From: Lytechinus pictus
Taxonomy: Eukaryota
Direction: 5' to 3'
DNA: 64,000 bases
Assembly: GCF_037042905.1 (NCBI RefSeq)
Contig: NC_087247.1
Coordinates: 25,978,001 to 26,042,000 of the forward strand
Within the stretch, counting starts at the first letter, position 1; the number at the start of each line of letters is the position of its first letter. The notes under the pieces were generated by a model that did not search any database, was not told the DNA's origin, and was given only the letters and a program-made list of their open reading frames with translations. Made by a program: the position numbers and the translations under genes. Below are positions 1 through 11,300 of this stretch, piece after piece.

Positions 1-1139
1 CTGACAAAATGTCTTACACTGACTGATGGTGACATAATTATATTCTGAAATATCAATTTTCGCTAATCTAACTCTGAAAAAATTGTATTTCCCCCATACA
101 CAAAAACTGTCTAGGTCAAATGACTCAGCTTGTCCTCCAGCTGACCCCCTGTAAAATAAGTGAGAGTCAAATGACACACTACACTTAGTCAAATTGCATA
201 CATAAGTGAGTCGAATGATGTAATGAACAGACACTGTGTGTCCTATGACACTCTTATGTTTTACATGGCTCGCTTACAGATATCACAATGACAAACCTAT
301 ATGTGTATTACAAATTATTTGTGTCATAAAAATGTGTCGCGGGACACATGAAGGCAAATTAAATATGTTTTGACTCACTTTAATTTGACTCATATAAATC
401 ATAAGATGGGTCACCTGCTGGGGACAGATTGTAACTCACATAAGTGTGTCACTTGACTTGTAAAAGTTTTCTGTACCTTCTTGTCATTACTCTTTTTTTC
501 ATCAACATTGTCATGATGTATCAAGTTTGGTCACCTCATTTTGTTGAATTTCCAGAACAACCGGCATATATTAGAGCGCACAGCGAGCGATGAAAATAAC
601 ATATAAGCATTAATGTGGTAGAGATTAGTTCACTATAAGATTGTCTTAATATATAATTCAGTTCAATTCAATTCAACATTCATTAAACCAAAGAATTCCG
701 ATTTTATTTCGATTTCTATATGTAATACTATTCCCACAGCGCGCTTATGCCGCCCAGACATGTGGTTCTAACTGATGTAGAGCAAACCCAGTAAGCAAGA
801 AAAAGTTCTTTTTTGGTATGTTAACATAACCTAAACTTATGTGGGTCATGTTGATTAAGCCCCATCCTCGCACCTGTACAATTTAAAGTAAAAACGTATT
901 AAATTCAGCAGTTATGAACTCGTATAATGACTATAATTCAATGTGTTAAAAACGGTATGCACCTTGGGTGCTAGTATTGACACGTGAAGTTATCAGCACC
1001 TAAAGTGCTCAAAATCAACACCCCGAAGTAACAGTCACTAGACAAGCCCCTGAACTGCAGAATAAATTTTGACACTAAAGAGTGAGATCTCATCTTTAAT
1101 TTGGAACCAGATATTTTGTGAATCGTTCACTCAGATTAC

Positions 1140-1297
1140 GAGCAATAATCATATTTTTTTCATCCGACAAGTTGTCAGATCTCAAAACTTTCCTTGGTAT
1201 GGATTTGCTGAGAAGGACTGGTACCATGGAAACTGTCGGACAAAACAGGACTTGTCGGATAAAATATCTGACAATTCCATGCATGATCTGCTCCCAG
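1140..1297. mobile_element. Decayed palindromic MITE (ATCCGACAAG / CTTGTCGGAT motifs)
   Basis: Internal inverted repeats; ends degraded. Confidence 0.45.
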
Positions 1298-3824
1298 CCC
1301 TGGTATCCATATCAATAAATAGGAAAAAATGAATGTCAAAATATGTAAATAAAAGAAACCCGGAGCAAATTCTTATAGTATACATACGTTGACAAAATAG
1401 ATAATTTAAATTTATTGTTTCTTTATGATACATTATATACCAACTTAAGACAATATTCACCCAGACACACCGTAAATATGATAAAACAATAACTTTATTA
1501 TATCATTCCATCGGCAACTGCAAATGGATGATATCGACACTAACAAAAATATATACATGTATGTACATCATTCTCAAAAATTAGCTAGAACAAGGGTTTT
1601 AAACGCCCCCAAGGTTTACATATTTCATGACTCTTTTCACGTTTAAACAGAGCAAATGGGTAATTTATCTCGTTCACAAAGAAAATATGGAGGTTGTTAT
1701 ATTTACCCTCACTCTTTATTACATCTATGTGTACGATCTTACGGTTATTTGATCAATGAATTTTAATCCAACATTGTAGTAATTACGAGTTTAGTAAGTT
1801 AAAATTACATGATTCTACACCATCGAACATCGGGCACATAGTGGACAAAATATCTGGTATCAGGAGAGATAAGTGGCTTGGGTAGGCCATCATCCAAGTA
1901 AATTGTTTTATGGAATTAATAGCCTAAACCCATTTATCTTGTTTCATCCATGTTAGATCCATAAACCCACTTCAACAGTGCCTAAAAGGAGCCAGTCTGT
2001 ATATAGCTCAGACTGTTAAAAACCAGGATTTTTATTCTTTGCTTGGTATATTTTGTACTCTTTGGAATAGTGGCAAAAGTAAGGACTACACACATTGTAG
2101 TGGCAAAAGTAAGGATAAAGTAATGATTACACACATTGTATTGTTACCATCGATTTACAAGTAACTCTGTATGGTTGGTACTTTATGCAACGCGCAAAGC
2201 GTATTTAAAGTGCCTGATGGTGCCTAAAAAGTCTAAAAATATACCCATATAAGCATGTCATCGGAAGCGGTATGGATCGCTTCCGGCATTGTCACAATAA
2301 AACGCGAACAAGTTTTGGTTCGTTCTGCATCTTATCTTTCTGCGTTAAAAAATATTTTTACAATTCATATACGCATCGTTAAACACACATCTTCACTGAT
2401 CTATTCATTTACTTATATACATAATTGCAAATATGACACACAGTGACGGTGCCATGATTTTTTGTTCGGGGCCAGGCAAACTAAATGATAATTTCTCAAG
2501 TGAATTATATCGGTATTATAGAGTAATACCACCACCATTTATCATTTATATACTGATCCCTTTTCTTTCTCATTTTCACTACTTGAACAATCATATAGGG
2601 GTGTTCTCCCCCTGCCTATCCCCCGTGGCGCTGCCCTTGAGTGTAAACCATTATAAAATCAATATCTATATATTTACATTACGGTTTATTACACAACAGG
2701 GCAAATACATACAAAACTAGAAACTAATGTATTTTTTTTATCAAAATAAAAATATTTACAATTCGTGGATGGAACTCGTCTAATAATGCATAATGATGTT
2801 TGCAGTGCAGATTACAAGTTCTAGTTATACATAGTTCATAAACATCTCAAATATGATTACTGAATATTATTCACAACATAAATATGGCTATAAAATGTAT
2901 GCAGTGTTGATAACTATATTTGCAGCAGTATGATTTGAAGCATCAATGGTTATAAGTTTACTTATTATATCCTAAATGATAAACAATCAACTTTATAACG
3001 AACAGAATGATCTTAAAATGGGTATATAAATCGTTGAACAAAAGTTATACTTTTGTAGTCCTATTTACAAGACACCATAAGAAGTTCCCATGACAAAACC
3101 AGCTAGCGTTCTTGCTGTAACTGTTATAATAATCTATTGCAACACAAGATTTGCACGAAAACAAATTGCACTTCATTTTAGTTTATTGCTTAGTACTTTT
3201 GTAAAGTCCGAGAAGGAAAAAGGAAAATAAGGGAAGAAATGATCTAGAAATAACTTTGCATAGAGAACACTCAGAAAAGTGGTGGACAACATGATAAAGA
3301 CGGGAAATAAGAAGAGAATATTATTAAAGATGAAATAAACCAGTCCAGTTTACTAATGTTTTCATAAAAATCGCCGATGGGGGGGGGGGGTGGCGGAAAG
3401 TGACGGGTTATACCTAGTAGAAAGAATTGCCTTTTTGATTGACTAATAATAAACGAAATGCTCTATATATAATCCAATTTACACGCATTACTGATGCAAA
3501 GATGTAAAGAACTTTCTCCGTTTACATAAACTTGGGCAAGTTAAATGTGACACGATTTTACCTAACAAGAAGTCACATACCACCTTCATTACTTGGAAAA
3601 TACATAGATGGATTATAAACATGGTATAAGGAGATGGGGAATAAGTAAGATGTGTAGGCTAAATATTAAAAAAAAGCTGAATACAGGAATAATAATCTTT
3701 ACAAAATTCTATTTCTACGATTCCTTTGGAAAATATATTAGCCACGAAAAGATATAATCATGGGTTTTTCTTTGGAATCTTTGAATGGAATATCAGTACA
3801 GTGAAAATTTGAGGCTAAATACAA

Positions 3825-5393
3825 TTAAGAAAATACTGCATTTCGGACGTACCCTGACACAGGATCGGTAACCAATATTTCGCAAACATTTTGGCGTTGT
3901 GGTTGTCTCATTGGAGGGTTGTCTTCTTTGGAAACCCTGCATGGAGACGATCCCGGTGGAATTTCTTTTGATATTGTTTCAGGGTTTATACTGCCACAAT
4001 GAATAGCAGACATCTCGCTTGCTTCCTCATGGGAGACATAATGGCCATTTTTAAAAACGCATCCTCCCTTCCTATGTTGGTCATTCGAGGAGTCTTCCTC
4101 AACATCTCTTGCCAGTATGATCTGTCTGTCTGCATCATCGGAAGGAACCTCAGACACAGACGAATTCGGAGAAGAAGCTACAGAGGTGCAAGGTGAAGAT
4201 GTTGTTGAGGAAGGACATGACGGGTTTGGTATTTTAATGCAGGTGGAACGGAGACGACTTACTTCACTGAGGATATCTACTGGAGATGTATCGAAGACGA
4301 GCACTGTTTTCATTCTTTCGTTTACAGTAGAATCTGATTCTGAGTAAAAGTCACTCGCATCGTAAGTTGACATGGCACTTGTTTGTTCTTGAACAGGTAA
4401 AAAGGTAATTTCGTCACCTCGCTGTGCACAACCATATTGGTCCTTTGAGACGTAGCCATAGTCAGTGTCGCTCTCCTCTTTGGTCGACATACACATATAT
4501 CCTGAAAAGATGTCACTTTCACTTCCAAAGCTCTTGTTAGATGATTTGGACTTCCTACGATACTGAGGTAAGTTGTAGGGAAAGTTGTCACCATTGGAAG
4601 ACCGATACCGTGATGACGCCATTGAACTGCATATGCTTTCGATTTCATCCAGACCAAAGTAATCTGTTCTATCTTTCAAGTCAACGTGTGCATGCAGCAT
4701 GTCCAGATTCGAAGGTATGAACTCTGTGAACATGGGGGAAGTCGTTTCCGTAGGACTGACCTGCCGGGAATCTGGATCACTGTCTGCACTCCCGAAACCC
4801 TGATCACTCGACGAGGTCAAGACAGTGGGAGTATCACTCTGACTAGATTGGAATCTAATCCTCTTAGTAGGTTGATCGTACACGTTTCCCTTTAAGATTA
4901 ACCTTGACACACCTACTGTACCAGGTTCAACATCGTTTGGATTTACATAACCATAGCTGTCTTCATCTTCCTCATCTGCTTCCTCAATGTCGTAATTCCC
5001 ATTATTGATCAATAACTGTTCCATACTTTCCTTTTCTGGAGTTATACCGCATTTAGCTGCTGGTGTTGCAACAGAATAACCTGTTTCCGGGTCTTTCATC
5101 AGAAGAACTTGTTTATTGCTTGTCAACTTCACCCTGCAACCCAAGGTAGACACATCGTGATAGTTGGAAGAATTGAACTGAGAAGATGAACACGATGATG
5201 TCCCACTCCCGCTGTTACTGCTACTGCTCTGCATGTCATAGAAACCGTGATCGACGCTGGAACCCCCGCTGTTGCTAACCATTGTTGGAGAGCGCTGAGG
5301 ATGGTCTTCGAGCAACGACTTGTCTTCCTTGAACTCATGAATTTCGTTAAAATATTCACTAGAGCAGGGCGGTCGAGGGGTCAGTGCTTCTTT
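3825..5393 (-). CDS. Cytokine receptor exon 10, long Ser/acidic/Tyr-rich cytoplasmic tail
   Basis: 1569-nt open frame after a ctgcAG acceptor, phase 0, ending TAA; contains YDMQ, YVNP and YMCM. Confidence 0.85.
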   Translation of the reverse strand, partial: KEALTPRPPCSSEYFNEIHEFKEDKSLLEDHPQRSPTMVSNSGGSSVDHGFYDMQSSSSNSGSGTSSCSSSQFNSSNYHDVSTLGCRVKLTSNKQVLLMKDPETGYSVATPAAKCGITPEKESMEQLLINNGNYDIEEADEEDEDSYGYVNPNDVEPGTVGVSRLILKGNVYDQPTKRIRFQSSQSDTPTVLTSSSDQGFGSADSDPDSRQVSPTETTSPMFTEFIPSNLDMLHAHVDLKDRTDYFGLDEIESICSSMASSRYRSSNGDNFPYNLPQYRRKSKSSNKSFGSESDIFSGYMCMSTKEESDTDYGYVSKDQYGCAQRGDEITFLPVQEQTSAMSTYDASDFYSESDSTVNERMKTVLVFDTSPVDILSEVSRLRSTCIKIPNPSCPSSTTSSPCTSVASSPNSSVSEVPSDDADRQIILARDVEEDSSNDQHRKGGCVFKNGHYVSHEEASEMSAIHCGSINPETISKEIPPGSSPCRVSKEDNPPMRQPQRQNVCEILVTDPVSGYVRNAVFS

Positions 5394-8300
5394 CTGCAGA
5401 TAATGAATCAAAACAAAGGAAAAACATTCAGGTGACGAACGGACAAAGGTTATTTTCGCCATTTATATTGATATGATGATGATAATAATGATGCTGATGA
5501 ACATGTTGGTGATAATGACGATTGCGATAGTGATGACGGTGATGATGGCAATAGTCTGATGAGAACAGTCTTTCCGTATTAGGTATATGTCATGTATCTT
5601 TATTATTAACTCATTTCACAACCATGCGAATAATTCAAGGCAAACTGGATAAGAGCTCATACCGTATTCATGAAATTAAGTAATTCATCATTGACAATAC
5701 TGAATTGTTTGTAAATTAGTACTTGAATCTATGTCCCATCCGCCTTAACCACATGGTTAAATCTTTATACACTCCATTCATCAGCTACGATTGCCCCCCC
5801 CCCTTCCGTCAAAGTCTTTCATTACGTTTTGGATATGGTCTCAAGCTTAGCCAATTGTTTGGATTATAATTCGAAAACTCACCTTCATGGCTAGGACTTC
5901 TGGTGGGATGTATGGTTGAGGTAGACGTGGATTTTTTTTGAACGGATTAATCCCAATATGCCAGCAACACAATCCAAGACCAATGATGAACATCACTTGG
6001 CAGAGAGTTATAGCTGACACGATCATAGCACCGGTCCGTCCTTTTCTTTTACTACCTGTATGAAAAATGGAGATGAGAAATATAGATGAATTCAAATGTG
6101 ATAATTTCTTTGATTCACCATGAGTAACCATTCCCATTTTGCGCGATGATTTGGACTATTTCTTCTCTCCAAGGCAAGAGTAAATTTCTTCAACTGGCAG
6201 CTTACCTATGACGTTTGGGATTTCTGCTCATAGTAAGTCGATATTTTATAGTCACGTTAACATTTCGCGGAATAAAAGATGTACTGATGTTCAATCACAA
6301 TAAGATTCAGAATAAAGATAACAGCCAAGTATAATGAAGTTAAACCCCTCATGTGCATCGTGTTTTGTGTGAAATTACACCGCAATCATACATGAATAAT
6401 CTAGACATATCGATTAATGCGAAAATGCATTTGCTATTTTCCTTATTGCAATGTCTATGGTGTTAACCAACAAAATATACTGCCTATTGAAGAGTGTCAC
6501 TCCTCATTATTTCCCTTTTGACTGTAAATCATGGTGGTTCCAGAAGTGTCCAATAGGCCGCGGTCATCATTTGGCGATGTAATTCTTATCGATTTATCAT
6601 TTTGTGATGATCATGTAGAGTTATACCCACATACTTAAGCCAGCTTCCCCGCCAAAACGCTTTGAAAAATTTAAATTCCTCACAGAATGGGTGGGTGAGG
6701 GTATGGGTTTGTGTCAGTTTAGCAAAAATAATTGTGTACCTGTTCTGTACTTACTTTCTGGAGCGATTGGTAGAGCAATCACTTCAGGTTCAGTCGTGGG
6801 TCCCTCCCCTCTCGTATTTACAGCGCTCACCCATACCAGGTAACTCTGCCCTGCTTCAGAGTTGATTAAGGTGTATTCTAATGGATTGTCTTCCTGCTCC
6901 TCTGTGGTGACAGTAATGTTTTCCACGATTGTTTCATCTGCCGTAGAAAGAATGCAAAATACATTGAAAAGACATGAGTATTATCATTGTTTATAATAAA
7001 AATGATGCTGACTTTCGTAAAATATTGCACAGAGCCAATATTTGCTTCTCATGGGCATTCACAATGCTTGTGCTACAAACTTCTGTTGGTGGCACCATTA
7101 TCTTATATTTTTTTAATCTGATTAAATTTTCAAATCAATTAGATTATCTATTTCTTAGATTCTTGAAGCTGTAAAAAAAAATCCGATATCTAACTTTGGT
7201 ATTCAGTACATACTACAAGTTATGTTTAAATTTGAAAGTGAAATCTAGCTTGCAAAATATAGTAAATAGTATAAAATCAATGAGAGAATTTACCTAAGCA
7301 GAGATGAGATGCCCATTCCTGAGAGTCTCTGCTACTCCTGACAGAATCCCCAACATAGGTATGTGGATATGAACCATTCAGTTCGCAGGAATAGATCATA
7401 TAACCGAATATGATGCCATTTTCTTCCATGGGGTCCACTGGAAACCACGTGACTGAGATCCAATTTGGATTTTCTGAAGATTCGTTCAAGGTGAGGTTTC
7501 GGGGTGCCGCTGATGGAGCTGCGAAAAATACCAAAAGATAATGATAATCATTATTATAATAATAATAATGATAGATCAAAAGATCCTTTCGTTTCCTTTG
7601 GAATAGATATGAGTAAAATCGATTGGATTTGTATCATGCTATTCAGCATGTTAGCACTTAGTATTTCCAACAGTTTCCCAATTATTTGATTTGCGCTTAC
7701 GATTTATATTCATTATCATTGTGCTCTGAATACTTACCTATTCTACTCCTAAAGAAAGTTGGAAAGGGTGCATGACTTGGACTCTAGATTTTGGTGGCGA
7801 ATGTCAGGGATGCGCCAAATTGATAAGCCTATCAAAAGGTCTCCTGGATTTTACAATGGATATCAGTTACCAGCCATTTATTTGATGAGTCAACCTCACA
7901 CACTATATATATATATATATATATATGCGATTTATATAACAATATAACAATGGACATGCCATTGAATTCAAGGGTTACCTGCAAATTTATGACAAAAATA
8001 TGAGATGTAAGTCCTCTATCTGAATGCCAAATCAGTTTCAAATTGCTAATGTTATAAGTGCTTTAAGACTACGACTATTCAGAACCAATTGCACCCTTTT
8101 ATCAGACATGAATTCTTAACATGTCGTCTATTTTGTGTTATTTTGCATGACTATCAAGAACCTCAGTTAAACAGATTGTTTGCTCCTTTGAAGTTTGTGA
8201 AGTAATAATAGAAACATCGGTTTCAGGAATCAGGAAACAGTGGATCGTGAAGTGTGAGGCACTATTTAAAGAGCTAACGGTATGATGCCGAAGCTTTCCT

Positions 8301-11300
8301 TTATCATCACTATACATGTATATCATTATACATGTAATACCTATGATTTATCTTGCTCTTCAAGACTGTATCGGCAACTCTAAATATCGACTAAACAGCA
8401 CCATTATTCCGACAAGATCAAAACACGTGTTAAAGTGTTATCCTTATTCTTTACCATTCTCTCCATTACAGCAGGGGTGTAATATATGTTTTTAAAACTA
8501 GGTGTTTAATTAAGTTCAAGATAATATTTATCTTTATTGTCATGATTATCAATATGGTGATAATTCTGACACAATTGAAGCATGTGTTCAATGATCAGTA
8601 TTTTGTTATCATTCTCTCCATTGCAACAGGGGTATAATATGGGCATAATTTACAATAGTAAGTTCGATGCGGTTCAACTTTTTATTTTATTTTTAATATC
8701 AACGTTTATAGTGGAGGTTTATGTTCATTCGGTCTACAAGCATTGGGATAAACCAATTGGGGAATTTGAACCAATTGTTGTTTGGTCTAAAATCCAATCG
8801 GTCTAAGTTGGCAATTTACAGAACTGTTTAATATTGAACATGTTGACGACGTCCATGTGCTGTTCTCTTATACCCTACTCTTCATTCCATCAGGGATATG
8901 ATCATTTCGGACAATATTGCTCAAAATCCATTTCACTTTAATTTTGTAATTGATTGCAACGATGCATGAACAATAAAGGAAATTTTGAAATATGTCTTGA
9001 ACTTTTATTTAAATTTCTCAGTTCTTTTATTTCCATATTATTTGTATCTTCCCGCAGTAATGCACCCATCTGAATTAGGTTCAGTCTAATTTTTGGTGAT
9101 TCTACAGAAAACTTTTAAACACGAGCTAAAGTTGTTATTCTCTTTCAGGTATTTGCATGATTTCAGGCGTGAAAACTTCATATTTCAGGCCTTTCTATGC
9201 TCCAGAGTACATAATGATCTGGTTTCTTTTCAGGCCCAGTGAGTAGAACTGACCCTGTGTTGGTATCAAGCTCTACCGAAAAGAACCCCCCCACTAAAAA
9301 ATGCTATTATACTCTTAAGAGACTAGGCAATATAGGCAGACAGTGGAGTGGCCACACGAAGCAGATTGTATTCAATGTATAGGAATTTAAGGTAAAGCAT
9401 TTTTGCGAGAACAAGAACTTCACTTAAACAAAAATGTTAGTTATATGATATAAGAATAAATATGTAACTATGCTAGGTGAAAGGGATCAAAACTTGTCCA
9501 TACCTGTTGCTAGAGTTCTTTCTGTAACATGTTTAGACCATGTTTTCATATCATTTTGGTTGAAGTAAGTCGATGATGATACCATTACTTCATATGTAGA
9601 GTAGGACCTTAAGTCGCAGAGTGTGTAGTGTTTAGAAAAAATATACTCTTCCTGGAAATCAAACATATGAAAATGCTTTGATGAATATATCATGACTGAA
9701 ATATAAATGCAGAGTGAACTCAAAATCAACTATACAGCACAGCCATAAAAAAACACTAATTACAAAAGGTGTGTTTCAATTCGACGCTTATTCATCTTCA
9801 CATTGATTTTAAAATGGGATTGAAATTTATTTTACGCTGCTTTGCCACCTAAAAGAGAGATAGGAAAAATGAAGTACAACAGTCAGTGTGCTGTGGTAGA
9901 AGGGAATACATTTTCTTCATTTAAACTGATTTTGATGACTTTTGATACCAGCAAAAGTTAGACGACCACTCTCTTATCTCTTCTCTCAATAATACTAGTA
10001 AGAGATATTGCCAAACACGGATCGTGTGGTCCAGTGGTTAGAGCATTGGACTCACTATCACAAGATTGTGAGTTCGAATCCCCACTCTGCCATTGTCACC
10101 ACTTTGATAAAAAGGCCCGAGAGTAATATCTGTCGTCTATAAGGTCATCCATTATGACTTATTAACCTAGACGTAAAAATGTTTCCGAGGTAATTGGTTA
10201 TATATACCAGCTTGACGTTTACCAGCAAAATGCTGTCCTGTCGAGTTCCTACGGGAGTTACGATAAACAGAAACAGAACAGAAGTTCTAAATCGGTCCTC
10301 CATAAACGCAGTTCACTTTTCCACATTTATGACTACACAAAAGACTGGCTTCATGCAAGAACTGAAGTTCAAAAAAAAAGTGAATCTATGCCTATATACA
10401 GTGGAGAGAACTGTTGCCATTTTTCTTCTTAATCGGTTTTCACAAGTCATGCACTTAGAATACAATAACATGAGAGCCATGATTTTTTTTGTTATCTTGT
10501 AGTAGTTTTCACAACCAAAATCATGTTTTTGAATGTTTAAAAATAACTCCGTACATTTACCTTTTTGTGAATGGTAAAACTTACCTCGGTCCACTGTGAA
10601 TCCAAGGTTGGATGATCCAGGTCTCGGTACCTGATTGAGTATGTCAAGGAAAGAGACCCGTTCATCCACCCAACAGGGTCCTGCCAGGACGCCGTTAAAC
10701 ATCCAGGCACGAGTGCAGTTACGCTGAGATCAGTAACAGGATTGGGACGAACTGTAAATGCAATTTGAATATGAAAATGTCTTACTATGGTTTTATTTTA
10801 ACACCTATTGCTTAGGAAAGGAAATTAAAGTTATTAATTTCAAGTTTCTTTTAGTATGTGGCCATAGTAAAATGAAGTAAGAATGAATGATATCTTAATT
10901 ATCCTATAGTGATAATGGCATATGTCAGTACCTACGTATCTCCATGCGCTGATAATTAAATGCTTTGTAGGATAAAAGTAATCATTGTTAAAAGGATGAG
11001 CATGATTTCTGGTTAAAGAAGTGACCATTATCTAGATTGAAAATGGTTTGTGTCCAAAAAGGCTGAGCATGATTTCTAAATTTAAGAAGTGATCATTATC
11101 TATAGATTGAAAATGGTTTGTGTCAAATGCAATCTACGTCCTTTCTGGTTAGCATGGTTAGGTTGAAACAATATAGCTTGAAACATTTGTCTTCTACGAT
11201 ACAAAGCTGTGTCGGTTTTAGTTAATATACGAACTACATTGAAAAGAATGGGGAAAATGAATGGATACATCCAAACCATTATTATGATTTTCTCAAAATA

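Noticed and set aside
5394-5462. N-terminal 23 aa of the 545-aa ORF as a standalone gene start
   Set aside because: It is intronic polypyrimidine tract; the ORF is the terminal exon of the receptor, entered at 5393.
7738-7979. Exon-shaped segment on minus strand (tttgcAG ... AG|GTAAGT) in receptor intron 6
   Set aside because: Contains an (AT)n run, has a stop in the frame shown by the ORF track, lacks any FN3 pattern, and exons 6 and 7 already join in phase.
10019-10092. Possible tRNA gene
   Set aside because: Acceptor stem does not close and it continues into a SINE body with a simple-repeat tail.
10990-11125. Short local tandem duplications (also ~2067-2140, ~8430-8660, ~22600-22790, and TAGAC repeats at 53500-53610)
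   Set aside because: Ordinary slippage or repeat remnants with no coding or structural signal.
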